A stretch of DNA of 56,470 nt from Kiritimatiellia bacterium (GTDB lineage Bacteria > Verrucomicrobiota > Kiritimatiellia > SLAD01). Positions 27,927 through 37,482 of this stretch are shown here, in pieces. Location: the NCBI GenBank assembly GCA_007136425.1, contig SLGY01000191.1, positions 1 through 56,470 on the forward strand, read 5' to 3'. The notes beneath the pieces are model-generated. The model was not told the origin of the DNA and searched no databases. It saw only the letters and a list, made by a program, of their open reading frames with translations. The position numbers were made by a program, and so were the translations under genes. Position 1 is the stretch's first letter; each line of letters starts with the position of its first letter.

Positions 27927-28679
27927 TTACATACTGAAGCGAGGCCCGAGATACAGTTCCCGGCTCACTTCATCGTTGATGAGAAACGAACTGGTACCCT
28001 CCCTGAGTACTTTTCCTTCACAAATCAAATAGGCGCGATCCACCACGGCAAGCGTCTCCCGCACATTGTGATCCGTAATTAGAATACCCAAGCCCCGCTC
28101 CTTTAGTTCAATGATGATTTGCTGTACATCATAGACAGCCAACGGATCAACTCCGCTGAACGGTTCATCCAGCAAAATCAATGACGGGCTGGTAACCAGG
28201 GCGCGTGTGATTTCCAGGCGACGCCGCTCGCCACCGCTCAAGGTGTAGGCGCGTTGCTTGGCCAAATGAGCAATTTTGAGTTCCTCCAGCAGAAAGGCCA
28301 GCCGTTCGCGGCGCTCGCGCGAGGACAACGGCAGGGTTTCAAGAATCGCCATGACATTCTGTTCCACGGTCATACGCCGGAAGATCGACGGCTCCTGGGA
28401 AAGATAGCCCATGCCCATGCGCGCGCGCTGGTACATCGGCGTACGGGTCACGTTGCGGCTGCGAAAGGCTACGCGGCCTTCGTCCGGCTTGATCAAGCCG
28501 ACGATCATATAGAAGCTCGTGGTCTTACCCGCCCCGTTCGGCCCGAGCAACCCGACGATCTCGCCGGGCTTTACATTCAGGTGCACACCGTTGACCACGC
28601 GTTTGCGGTTATAGATCTTGACGAGATCCGCGGCCTCGACAAGGAATTCGTTGTTTTCTTGTGCCACCCTATTCTCCAA
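27927..28679 (-). CDS. lptB: LPS export ABC transporter ATP-binding protein
   Basis: Walker A GPNGAGKTT, signature LSGGERRRLEI, Walker B LILLDEPFSGVDP. It sits directly downstream of lptA. Confidence 0.92.
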   Translation of the reverse strand: MENRVAQENNEFLVEAADLVKIYNRKRVVNGVHLNVKPGEIVGLLGPNGAGKTTSFYMIVGLIKPDEGRVAFRSRNVTRTPMYQRARMGMGYLSQEPSIFRRMTVEQNVMAILETLPLSSRERRERLAFLLEELKIAHLAKQRAYTLSGGERRRLEITRALVTSPSLILLDEPFSGVDPLAVYDVQQIIIELKERGLGILITDHNVRETLAVVDRAYLICEGKVLREGTSSFLINDEVSRELYLGPRFSM

Positions 28680-29193
28680 ACATCAGGCCGCGCGCCCCAC
28701 TGCCGGGCTCGCCGTCGTCAGGGAATAATACCAGTCGCGCCTGCGGTTCACAAATCATTCTATTATCGTCGCGCCAGAAGGTGATCGTGTCGCCCTCAAG
28801 CACGTCCCGACCGCGCCGGATACGGGGCGCCCCCTCCAGAAAAATCTTGCCGGAAGGAACTTCGTACGTGGCCTTCTGCGACCAGGCGGTCGTCCCTTCC
28901 TGCTCAATCACCACGTCGCCCTCGGCCTCGATTGTTTCCGCCTGATCGTTCTCATCAAAAACCACCGTCAACCGGTCGGCGGTCAGACGCAGCGAGGGAT
29001 CCACCACAAGCACGTCTTCCTCGAACAGGGCAAATCGCTGCTCCTGATCAAAGGTTAACCGGGAGGAAGTGATGACCGTGGCCTCCGCTTCATCAATGGC
29101 GAAATCCTCATCCAACGCCCCGGTCGCCGGAACGACCGTCCATCCGATCATACAGCCCACTATCAAAGCCACTCCGTACCACGCTTTTTTCAT
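28669..29193 (-). CDS. lptA: LPS transport periplasmic protein LptA (OstA-like)
   Basis: Signal peptide, an OstA-type beta-jellyroll sequence pattern, and a position between the lptC-like gene and lptB. Confidence 0.75.
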   Translation of the reverse strand: MKKAWYGVALIVGCMIGWTVVPATGALDEDFAIDEAEATVITSSRLTFDQEQRFALFEEDVLVVDPSLRLTADRLTVVFDENDQAETIEAEGDVVIEQEGTTAWSQKATYEVPSGKIFLEGAPRIRRGRDVLEGDTITFWRDDNRMICEPQARLVLFPDDGEPGSGARGLMFGE

Positions 29194-29741
29194 TGAAAAC
29201 CTCCCTGCTCCGCGGAGCGTAGCGCTCCTTGCAACACCACTTTGGCGTCGTCATGAATCTCGAATTTTCCTTCGTTGGCCAGCCAGGTGAAGCCCTGGCC
29301 CGTGATAATCATGTTTTCCCGGGCAATACGCACGCTGGATTCGCCCGTCGCATTGCGCGAGGACCGGTCATACAGACACGAAGCCGCGGTGATTCGCATC
29401 TCCACCTCGCGGTCATCATCATAGAAATCAATCCGCATGCGTGTAATATCCACCAGCCCGGAAGGCAAAATCCGGGCAAAGTCGCCGAACAAACGGGACC
29501 GCAAACGGTTATCCTGGTCGAATTCCGGTACTTCGAAACCGCTGATAGTCTGTTGCCCCCCGCCCTGTTGCGCCGGAGCGTCCGAATACAGCACGCACCA
29601 AGCCGCCGCGATGACGGCCGCCATCGCAATCTTCAGCGGATATCCGCGGCGACCCGCCCGCGCACGGCCAGCCCACCGGTGCACGGCCCGAAACGCCGTG
29701 GGCGCCTCGTTCGCTCCTTGCTCCGTTCGGCTTGTCTTCAT
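29190..29741 (-). CDS. lptC: LptC-like LPS export protein
   Basis: Single N-terminal anchor (IAMAAVIAAAWCVL), an OstA/LptC-like beta-rich body, and synteny (kdsA-lptC-lptA-lptB). The start is uncertain. Confidence 0.55.
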   Translation of the reverse strand: MKTSRTEQGANEAPTAFRAVHRWAGRARAGRRGYPLKIAMAAVIAAAWCVLYSDAPAQQGGGQQTISGFEVPEFDQDNRLRSRLFGDFARILPSGLVDITRMRIDFYDDDREVEMRITAASCLYDRSSRNATGESSVRIARENMIITGQGFTWLANEGKFEIHDDAKVVLQGALRSAEQGGFQ

Positions 29742-30568
29742 TTCGCCCTCCCGTCAACAATATCATCAATGGCTTGCAATGCGCTCACCAGTTTGGGCAA
29801 CAGGGATAGTTTAACAGCATTATCCCTGTCCGACAACGCCTTCTCCGGCGCCGCATGGGTCTCGATAAACACGGCGTCGCAGCCCACGGCCACCGCGGCC
29901 CGCGCCAAATGCGGCGCCCACCGCCCGTCGCCGCCGGTCCCGCTCGCACCGGCCCCCGGCAACTGGACACTATGCGTGGCATCAAAGATCACGGGATATC
30001 CCCATTCACGCATGACGAGCAGACTGCGCATATCGGCGACCAGATTATTGTAGCCAAAAGAACTGCCGCGCTCGGTCAACAGGATACGGCGATTGCCCGT
30101 ATGCTCCAACTTTTCCACAATATGCCGCACATCCCATGGCGCCAGGAATTGGCCTTTCTTGATGTTCACCACACAGTCGCTTTCGCCCAAAGCAACCACC
30201 AGATCGGTCTGTCGACACAGGAACGCCGGCAATTGCAGCGCGTCCGCCACACGCGCCGCGGGCTCGACTTCGGAAACGGCATGGACATCGGTCAATATCG
30301 GTAAACCGTATCGTTCCTTGACTTCGCGCAGAATTTCCAGGCCCTGCGCCAGGCCGGGACCGCGATAGGCCTGTACGGACGTCCGGTTTGCCTTATCGTA
30401 CGAGGCCTTGAACACGACCGGAATCCCTTTACGCCGGCCCAGCCCCGCCAGGCGGCGCGCCAGATCCAACGTGCTTTGCCGGCTCTCAATGACGCAGGGG
30501 CCGGCAATCAGAACCAAAGGATGCTTGCCGCCGATTGGAACCGATCCGATTTTCACCACTTTCTTCAT
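29738..30568 (-). CDS. kdsA: 3-deoxy-8-phosphooctulonate (KDO8P) synthase
   Basis: LIAGPCVIES, FKASYDKANRTS, and ETHAAPEKALSD. ATG at 30568 is chosen; the N-terminal 43 codons of the ORF look spurious. Confidence 0.92.
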   Translation of the reverse strand: MKKVVKIGSVPIGGKHPLVLIAGPCVIESRQSTLDLARRLAGLGRRKGIPVVFKASYDKANRTSVQAYRGPGLAQGLEILREVKERYGLPILTDVHAVSEVEPAARVADALQLPAFLCRQTDLVVALGESDCVVNIKKGQFLAPWDVRHIVEKLEHTGNRRILLTERGSSFGYNNLVADMRSLLVMREWGYPVIFDATHSVQLPGAGASGTGGDGRWAPHLARAAVAVGCDAVFIETHAAPEKALSDRDNAVKLSLLPKLVSALQAIDDIVDGRAK

Positions 30569-30614
30569 TCCATCGTCCCTGTCACGCCCGCACCTGAAAA
30601 AGCGCCGGCGTTGC

Positions 30615-31367
30615 TCATACGCAACCCGCCTTGCGCAAGGCGTCTTCAGCCACGGGAATATCTTTCGGTTCATCCACGCCCAACGCGGGGGCGGCACTCA
30701 TGATCACCTTCATCCGCGCCCCGATATGCAGAGCGCGCAGTTGCTCCAATTTCTCCGCCAGCTCCAGATTCGAAGGCGGCGTCCGCACCAATCGTTCCAG
30801 GAATTCGCGACGATACCCGTAAATACCAATATGTCGCAAGTATAACGCGTTGTCCGGGACAGAACCATCCTTTTCACGCACATGCGGAATGAGGGCGCGC
30901 GAAAAGTATAACGCGCGCCCGTCGGCGGCGCACACCACCTTCACCACGGAGGGATCCGCCGCGGGCGCCGCATCGCGCATCGGCTCGGCCGCCGTCGCCA
31001 TATCCCACTCCGCCCCCGCACTCATCTCAGCGGCCAACTGATCGATTAATCCGGGATCAATCAGCGGTTCATCGCCCTGAATATTAATCACCACCTCCGC
31101 GTCCATATCGCGAACCGCTTCGGCAATGCGATCCGTGCCGGACGCATGATGCGAGCCCGTCATCGCGACAGCGCCACCAAATCCTTCGACAGCCGTGGCA
31201 ATGCGCTCGTCATCCGTCGCCACCAGAATTTCGTCCAAACGCGCCGCACGGCGCGCCCGTTCCCATACCCATTGAATCAACGGTTTCCCGCACAGGGCAG
31301 CCAGCATCTTGCCCGGGAAACGGCTTGACCCCCAACGCGCGGGTATGACTCCGATCACGGCGCTCAT
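30615..31367 (-). CDS. kdsB: 3-deoxy-manno-octulosonate cytidylyltransferase (CMP-KDO synthetase)
   Basis: VIGVIPARWGSSRFPGKML and NIQGDEPLI. ATG at 31367 overlaps the upstream stop (ATGA). Confidence 0.92.
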   Translation of the reverse strand: MSAVIGVIPARWGSSRFPGKMLAALCGKPLIQWVWERARRAARLDEILVATDDERIATAVEGFGGAVAMTGSHHASGTDRIAEAVRDMDAEVVINIQGDEPLIDPGLIDQLAAEMSAGAEWDMATAAEPMRDAAPAADPSVVKVVCAADGRALYFSRALIPHVREKDGSVPDNALYLRHIGIYGYRREFLERLVRTPPSNLELAEKLEQLRALHIGARMKVIMSAAPALGVDEPKDIPVAEDALRKAGCV

Positions 31368-32365
31368 TCGATGCGATCCAGCAGGGCCTCCGCCGTGCAA
31401 GGCGCCGTGCCGAGCCTTGCCACCACGTCGCCGGCCGCATAATTTGCCAGCTCCACCGCTTCCCGATGGGACGCGCCGGAGGCCAGTGCCAACGTACATA
31501 CCGCGATCACCGTGTCGCCCGCCCCGCTGACATCGAACACCTCCCGCGCGCGCGTAGGGACGTGAACGGGCTTGTCGCGCTCGTCCAGAAGAAACATCCC
31601 GTGCGGTCCGAGCGTGATGACCAGCAGTTCTACCCCCCATTTATCCCGCAATTGCTTGCTTACCTCCACCAGCTCGGGATCTTCCAGCGGGGGACGTTCC
31701 TGCAACGGTTCCCGTTTGCCGAGCGCCATAAACGCCTCTTTCCGGTTGGGCGTCGCCACCGTCGCACCGCGCACATCGAGGGTATGATCATCTTTCGGAT
31801 CGTAGCCCACCGGAATGTCTCTCGCGCGCGCAGCGGACAGCGCCTCGTTCACCACCTCTTGCCGGATCACGCCCTTACCGTAGTCTTCGATGATCACGCC
31901 GTCCACATGCGCAATGCGATCGGCCATTCGACGGCAAAACCCGTCCAGATGTTCGCCTGTCAGCTCCAGCGCGTCTTCCCAATCCACGCGCACCACTTGT
32001 TGCCTGTCGGCGATGATCCGCGTCTTGACGGTGGTCCGCACATCGTCGTGCGTCCATAACGCGTCGACGCCGACCCCGCCTTGTTGCAACAACGCGGTCA
32101 ACGTCTGCGCGTCGCGATCCTTGCCGATCACACCGGCCACCTCGCCCTGTCCGCCGAGCGATTGCACGTTCCACGCCACATTGCTGGCGCCGCCTGGCAT
32201 GCTCTTCTCATGGATCACATTCACCACGGGCACCGGGGCCTCGGGCGAGATTCGACGTACGGTACCGTATATGTAACGGTCCAACATCAAATCCCCGATC
32301 ACGAGAATGCGCCGGGCATCGAATTCCCCGATAATTTCCTTTGCGCGGGCAGGGCTCAGCGTCAT
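31364..32365 (-). CDS. D-glycero-beta-D-manno-heptose-7-phosphate kinase (RfaE domain I type, PfkB family)
   Basis: ILVIGDLMLDRYIYG and DVSGAGDTV. At 333 aa it has the kinase domain only, with no adenylyltransferase half. Confidence 0.8.
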   Translation of the reverse strand: MTLSPARAKEIIGEFDARRILVIGDLMLDRYIYGTVRRISPEAPVPVVNVIHEKSMPGGASNVAWNVQSLGGQGEVAGVIGKDRDAQTLTALLQQGGVGVDALWTHDDVRTTVKTRIIADRQQVVRVDWEDALELTGEHLDGFCRRMADRIAHVDGVIIEDYGKGVIRQEVVNEALSAARARDIPVGYDPKDDHTLDVRGATVATPNRKEAFMALGKREPLQERPPLEDPELVEVSKQLRDKWGVELLVITLGPHGMFLLDERDKPVHVPTRAREVFDVSGAGDTVIAVCTLALASGASHREAVELANYAAGDVVARLGTAPCTAEALLDRIE

Positions 32366-32376
32366 GCGTCTATTCC

Positions 32377-33294
32377 TTAATCATAATCCAGAATCCAGGA
32401 ATCATTACCCGGACCGCGAACCCGTTGCAAAACTAATCGAATACTGGCTACCGGAATACTGCCGACCATCTGGGTCATCAATTGGCGGTCATCGTCCGAC
32501 ACCCACAATTGCATTCGCCCACGCCGAACGAACAACCCCTCAAATGCCGCTTCGGGCTCCACTTCGATACTGCGTACCCGCCCATAATGACGCAGGCGGA
32601 TCCGTTCGTCGCCCTGCGCGTCCAGCCACAGGTCGTAGATCTTGTCGTCCGCCATGACCCGGAAATGGCGTCGTTCGTCGCGTTCGAAACCCAGTTTGCG
32701 CATGTAATAGGCAAAACTCAACAAGTCCCGCGTGTCCGGTTCCAACTCAAACGTGTCTTCACGATCTCTGGAAAGCGATTCCCAGTGCGCAACACCCGCT
32801 TCATGATCGAACTTGGTGATCTCATGTGTATGCCGGCGGCCTTCATGACGGTTCTGGGTAAAGCGAACCGGCAAAAAGGTGTCGGGATCGATCAGCGACT
32901 CAATCTGAATATCCACCGGATAAATGGTTTCAATAACCCGATTGGAATCCACCTTGACCCGAATGGCGAGCAATGGGCCCTCGTCTCCCGATTCATTCCA
33001 CTCGGTGGTTACGACGGCCGTACCCACCGGGATGCGCCCCCAATACACGCGATACTCGATTTCCTCGCCCACGGGGAACCAAAGCTCCGGCCGCATATCT
33101 TTTTTGCTCAACTCATCGCCGACCGATACCTCGCCGACCCGATCCGGCAAAGAAGGCTCCGCCTTCGCCTCCTCAGGGAGTTCTTCAACGGACCGCGCCG
33201 GGACGCCGACGATCAGCGTACTGAACAAAACAAGAACTAGACTCCGCCACATTGTCTTCTTTACAAAAACCATAAAGCGCCTTCCCGCCTCCAT
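32377..33294 (-). CDS. DUF3108-like secreted protein
   Basis: N-terminal hydrophobic signal and a YRVYWGRIPVGTAVV block reminiscent of DUF3108. It is the first gene of the co-directional LPS block. Confidence 0.5.
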   Translation of the reverse strand: MEAGRRFMVFVKKTMWRSLVLVLFSTLIVGVPARSVEELPEEAKAEPSLPDRVGEVSVGDELSKKDMRPELWFPVGEEIEYRVYWGRIPVGTAVVTTEWNESGDEGPLLAIRVKVDSNRVIETIYPVDIQIESLIDPDTFLPVRFTQNRHEGRRHTHEITKFDHEAGVAHWESLSRDREDTFELEPDTRDLLSFAYYMRKLGFERDERRHFRVMADDKIYDLWLDAQGDERIRLRHYGRVRSIEVEPEAAFEGLFVRRGRMQLWVSDDDRQLMTQMVGSIPVASIRLVLQRVRGPGNDSWILDYD

Positions 33295-33414
33295 TGGGCA
33301 TTAACAAAGCATAAGACGTGCATTCAATCACGCATATTCATTCGGCCATCCAAAGATCAGCAGCTAGATAGCCATTGACACCAGACTAATCCGAAACGCA
33401 TTGTTCGCAAGGAC

Positions 33415-34983
33415 ATGAAGAGAGTTTCTCTAACCGCCATTGCATTGCTGCTCGCCGGCTGTATCCCGCCGGAACCCGCGCCACCAACGCCCGATGCGCC
33501 TCCCGACGATGATGTCGTCGAGTCCACGCTTCTCATAACGACCGAACGCGAGGAAACGCCCGATACCGCTCGTCATGTCATTGTCATGGTGTGGGACGGC
33601 GTCCGGCCGGACGTATTGCAGGAAGTCGACACGCCGCACATCGACCGCCTTGTACAGGAAGGGACCTACACGTGGAATGCATGGACCACTTGGCGCCCAA
33701 TCACGCGCACGGCATTACCCAGTCTGCATACGGGCGCGCCTCCGTCCGTGCACGGCATGGACGAGTGGGCTGGCCCCATTCACGCGGAAACCATCGCGGA
33801 AGTGCTGGCGGAAGCCGGCCTGACCAGCGGCCTGGCCGGCGCGGACCCGGTATTGGGCGGGGACGCCGCCACCCATGTCACCGGGTATTATCCGCATACC
33901 GATTCCGCCGCGCATTTTGTGGACCGCGCAATCATATGGATCGACGAACATCGCCCCAATTTCCTCTATGTCTATAATCCCGAACCGGACGGCGCCGGTC
34001 ACAATCACGGGCACTGGAGCGAGGAATACCGGGCCGCCATAGCAAAAGCCGACAGCCAACTGGGCCGACTGATCGAGCACCTTGAGGACCAGGAACTGCT
34101 CGATCAAACCGTATTGATCATTACGACGGACCACGGCATGACAGGGCGGGCGCATGGATACGGGCACGAGACGGACATGCGCATCTTCTCCGTCTGGCGC
34201 GGACCGAACATTCGCGCGGGCCATGAAATGGAAGATCGCATTGATATCCCCGCGCGCGCGGCGGGCGAGGTGATCGTCCAACTGTATGAAATCCAGGATC
34301 GCACATGGAGCGAAGAGGCGATCACGTGGGAGACACAACCCGCGACGGGCCGTTTTGTGACGGAAACTCGCGTGGACGACACCGACGTCTTCTCCTGGGA
34401 CATCACGTCGCTCGCGCAGCGGACACTTCAAGAGTCCGAAACGACGGGCCAAACCGTACTAAGCTTCGCCCTCCTGTCCCCACATGGCGGCGAAGGCCCG
34501 CCGCCGCCCGAGGAAACGGACGCTTTCAATCCCACACTCTATTCCGAGATCAATCGCGCGGTGTACTTCAATACGATTGAATGGTACGACAGCGGGGTGC
34601 ACCCCGCCCTGCACGTCGTCTACCATACCGCCGAGGGTGAAAAAGCGGAGTTCCGCATCGCGCCCGAGGAAACGGCCATGATCCTTGCCGGCAAGCCCGC
34701 AAAGAATCATGCGAACCGGGAGAATTTTCATATCGGCTATGCCGGTGACGGCGAAGCGCGGGCATTCTTCAAATTTGATCTGGAAACCAACCTGCCGAAC
34801 GGCGCCGCCATTGAGTCCGCGTCGTTTCAGGCGACTTGTTGGAGACAGTTTCCCGGAGGCCATCCGGAGGTTCGGGTCGCACATCGCATGATTGATATCG
34901 CCCCCACGATCACCCATCTACTGGATGTCCGGGCGCCGCGGGACGCCACCGGCAGTTTGATCGAAGAGGTGTTGGCGGAATAA
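33415..34983 (+). CDS. lipoprotein, nucleotide pyrophosphatase/phosphodiesterase (alkaline-phosphatase superfamily) with a nested insert of about 200 aa
   Basis: Lipobox LLLAGC. NPP blocks: VMVWDGVRPD, PSLHTGAPPSVHGM, NPEPDGAGHNHG, ITTDHGM and a C-terminal IDIAPTITHLL. An insert at aa 275-488 or so interrupts the fold. Confidence 0.7.
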   Translation: MKRVSLTAIALLLAGCIPPEPAPPTPDAPPDDDVVESTLLITTEREETPDTARHVIVMVWDGVRPDVLQEVDTPHIDRLVQEGTYTWNAWTTWRPITRTALPSLHTGAPPSVHGMDEWAGPIHAETIAEVLAEAGLTSGLAGADPVLGGDAATHVTGYYPHTDSAAHFVDRAIIWIDEHRPNFLYVYNPEPDGAGHNHGHWSEEYRAAIAKADSQLGRLIEHLEDQELLDQTVLIITTDHGMTGRAHGYGHETDMRIFSVWRGPNIRAGHEMEDRIDIPARAAGEVIVQLYEIQDRTWSEEAITWETQPATGRFVTETRVDDTDVFSWDITSLAQRTLQESETTGQTVLSFALLSPHGGEGPPPPEETDAFNPTLYSEINRAVYFNTIEWYDSGVHPALHVVYHTAEGEKAEFRIAPEETAMILAGKPAKNHANRENFHIGYAGDGEARAFFKFDLETNLPNGAAIESASFQATCWRQFPGGHPEVRVAHRMIDIAPTITHLLDVRAPRDATGSLIEEVLAE

Positions 34984-35022
34984 TCAAGCCCATGCCACCG
35001 AACGCGGAACAAGCGCGGCGAA

Positions 35023-36168
35023 TCACGACGCCGCACGAGCGGGCTTCGGACGGGCAATCAGCCGGATCAAAAGAAATTCCAGGGCCAACGGATGCGGCAA
35101 CGATTCACTCACCATCTTTTCATGCGTTTCCGCCAAGAGTTCTTGGGCCCTCAACAACTCCCGCAACGAATAGCGGGAGGCCTGTTCGGATAGTTTCGCT
35201 ACGCGATACCAATGGATCTTTCGAGGGTCCCGCGGCAATTGCGACAGCGCCGCCTCGCCCTCCGCATCCACATTCCATACGGCTTTGCGGTACCGTTCCG
35301 ATCCTTCCAATCGCAACCATTTGCGCCGCATACACTCGCGCAGCAACATCAGCTCCCGAAACCGATTCTCCAAACCGATGATCAGCCCAATGGGCGATTC
35401 CCGTTGAAACAAGAGCTGTCGCAAGGTCACCAGTGCCGCCCCCAGATTGCGTGACCCCGCCTGATCGGCCAAATCCCATGCAATCGATTCACGCCCCGGC
35501 GCAACCACCTCCCGCACCATTTCCACGGTTACGACACGTTCGTCTTTGCCCACGAACGCCGCCAATTTTTCCGATTCCTGCATCAGCCGGCGAGTATCAT
35601 CCCCCGCGCGCAGTACAAACTGCTCCGTCACTTCTTCATTCGCGGGCTTCAACCCGAGCGAGCGCCAGATATCCCGCACACGTTCACGAACAGATTGATC
35701 CGCTTCACGCGGCTTGTCGGGTGTTTTGAATTCGATGACTTCGGCCGCTGCTTTGCAAGCCTTGTAGAACGCCGTGCGCCCGTCCACTTTCAGGGCGCTG
35801 ATTACGAGTACTTGTCCTTCCGGCAATCCCGCCTTGATCAGCCCGGTCAGCGCCTCTACCTGTTTCTTCACCGCGTCGGATTTGCCCAGGACGGAATCCG
35901 AGAAGAACACCGCGTTACGCAACCAAACCACTTTGCGCCCGCCGAAAAAACCAACCGTCTGCACCGCCTCCAAGCATTGACCCAACACCTGAACGGCCTC
36001 GTCCACCACGTCCACGGCCCCCTCGAGAATTTCCCGGCCGAGCGCCTGTTCCTCTACGGGACACAGCGCGTCCACCAAGCTGCGGGCCTTTTGATCGATC
36101 AGAAAATCGTCGTCACCCGCAACCAGATAGACCGAAGCCGTGTCCGTGCTCTTCCTGTCTTTTGCCAT
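35023..36168 (-). CDS. holA: DNA polymerase III subunit delta
   Basis: VYLVAGDDDFLIDQ at the N-terminus and a length and helical C-domain typical of HolA. ATG at 36168. Confidence 0.7.
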   Translation of the reverse strand: MAKDRKSTDTASVYLVAGDDDFLIDQKARSLVDALCPVEEQALGREILEGAVDVVDEAVQVLGQCLEAVQTVGFFGGRKVVWLRNAVFFSDSVLGKSDAVKKQVEALTGLIKAGLPEGQVLVISALKVDGRTAFYKACKAAAEVIEFKTPDKPREADQSVRERVRDIWRSLGLKPANEEVTEQFVLRAGDDTRRLMQESEKLAAFVGKDERVVTVEMVREVVAPGRESIAWDLADQAGSRNLGAALVTLRQLLFQRESPIGLIIGLENRFRELMLLRECMRRKWLRLEGSERYRKAVWNVDAEGEAALSQLPRDPRKIHWYRVAKLSEQASRYSLRELLRAQELLAETHEKMVSESLPHPLALEFLLIRLIARPKPARAAS

Positions 36169-36258
36169 GTTCACCGGTCTTTCCGTATATCTTACGTATA
36201 TCCGTGACCCGCGCTCAATCGTAGACGGGCGACTCGCAACGCGCAATAGGCCAGCCTA

Positions 36259-37176
36259 TCACCGATCCTCTTCTATCGAATTCCGGACCTTCGTTTCAAC
36301 CCGCGCTTTCATCGCGTCCACTTCCGCCGCCGGCCACCCGTATTCCTCTTGTAGCACTTCCCGGAACGGTCGCTGCTCCCCGATGAACTGTTCCACTAAC
36401 GACGACAACGGTTCCTCCGGCAAATCCTGCGCAAGTGCCTCCACCAGGGCGCCGGTCTGGCGATAAAAAGCCGCCGTTCGCGCCGGCTCCTCCGGATAAC
36501 TTGTGCGCGCAAACAGTTCCGGCCATGGAATCCAGTGCTCCGACGCCAACGGTTCCCGTTCGCGGTAGAGTTCAAGATGTCGCCTGCGCTGATACGCCGA
36601 CGCCGTCTCCCAGCCCAGGTACTCGGCCAGGCCTTCTTCCAACCAAAGAGGCAATTCCCGCCCGTATTCCTGCCATAAACGGTAATGGACCATCTCATGC
36701 GGAATGTCGACATATGACGTGCCCATATGTTCGTCGCGCAGTATAAAAATCTCTCGCCCCACATGCAGCGCCACGCCATCCGCGCGTCGTCCCGCCGCGC
36801 GCATCACGCGAGCCCAATCCCCGCCGTCCTCAACAACGAACAAATGGCCGCGTTCCTCTGCAAGCGGCAGGTCCAGGCGACGGCACACCTCCGAATATGA
36901 CCATTCCGCCTCGCGAATCACGCGCTCCAACTGCTGCAGAGTTGCCGCGTGATAGGTGAAGTGCTCCGTCTCCGCATGAATCCACGAGCCGGCGGCGCCA
37001 CGCATGATCGCCCGTCCCAGGCCGGAGACGTCGCGATCATCCAGCGCGCGCCATGGCTTGACATCATACACGGAGTCCGCACTGTCATCCACCATGCCGC
37101 AGGCGCACAGCAACAGCAACGCCGCACAAAACGCAAGCGTAAGCCCATGACCCGGAACAGGCAGGTTATTCGTCAT
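36259..37176 (-). CDS. peptidase MA-type zinc metalloprotease, putative lipoprotein
   Basis: Signal with LLLLCACG, HEMVH zinc motif, and the downstream gluzincin third-ligand motif LEEGLAEYLG. Confidence 0.6.
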   Translation of the reverse strand: MTNNLPVPGHGLTLAFCAALLLLCACGMVDDSADSVYDVKPWRALDDRDVSGLGRAIMRGAAGSWIHAETEHFTYHAATLQQLERVIREAEWSYSEVCRRLDLPLAEERGHLFVVEDGGDWARVMRAAGRRADGVALHVGREIFILRDEHMGTSYVDIPHEMVHYRLWQEYGRELPLWLEEGLAEYLGWETASAYQRRRHLELYREREPLASEHWIPWPELFARTSYPEEPARTAAFYRQTGALVEALAQDLPEEPLSSLVEQFIGEQRPFREVLQEEYGWPAAEVDAMKARVETKVRNSIEEDR

Positions 37177-37296
37177 TCGTGCTTTGTGTTTCTTTCGGGC
37201 TTGGGTGATTTGTCACTCGTCATCAAGAGTCTACACAGCGGATGTCATCAAGACAAGATGAGCAACACGCGAATCATGCAGGCGCCGCGCCCCACC

Positions 37297-37324
37297 TTGA
37301 CAGGGCGCATCCGCTTGCTATCCT
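37297..37324 (+). promoter_or_regulatory. candidate sigma-70-type promoter (TTGACA-16 nt-TATCCT)
   Basis: A consensus -35 hexamer and a partial -10 in the 297-bp divergent intergenic region upstream of the HIT gene. Sequence pattern only. Confidence 0.2.
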
Positions 37325-37482
37325 ACGCCGGAATCCAAGATGCATAGTCTCCGCCACAGCCAGCAACGTCAGGGCGCCTACGTCCGCGCGCGGGAACAGG
37401 CCGCCGGCCACTCGCAGCGTTTCAGTGACAGCACGCCCCGGAAACGCCCGTCGCGCTTGACCGAATCGCAGGAGTGCTCTCC

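Noticed and set aside
30569-30697. N-terminal 43-codon extension of the kdsA ORF (likewise 31368..31640 for kdsB and 52828..53679 for the exonuclease ORF)
   Set aside because: The extensions are Arg/Gly-rich and overlap or run antisense to neighbouring genes. Family-typical N-termini begin at the internal ATGs, which have RBS or ATGA coupling.
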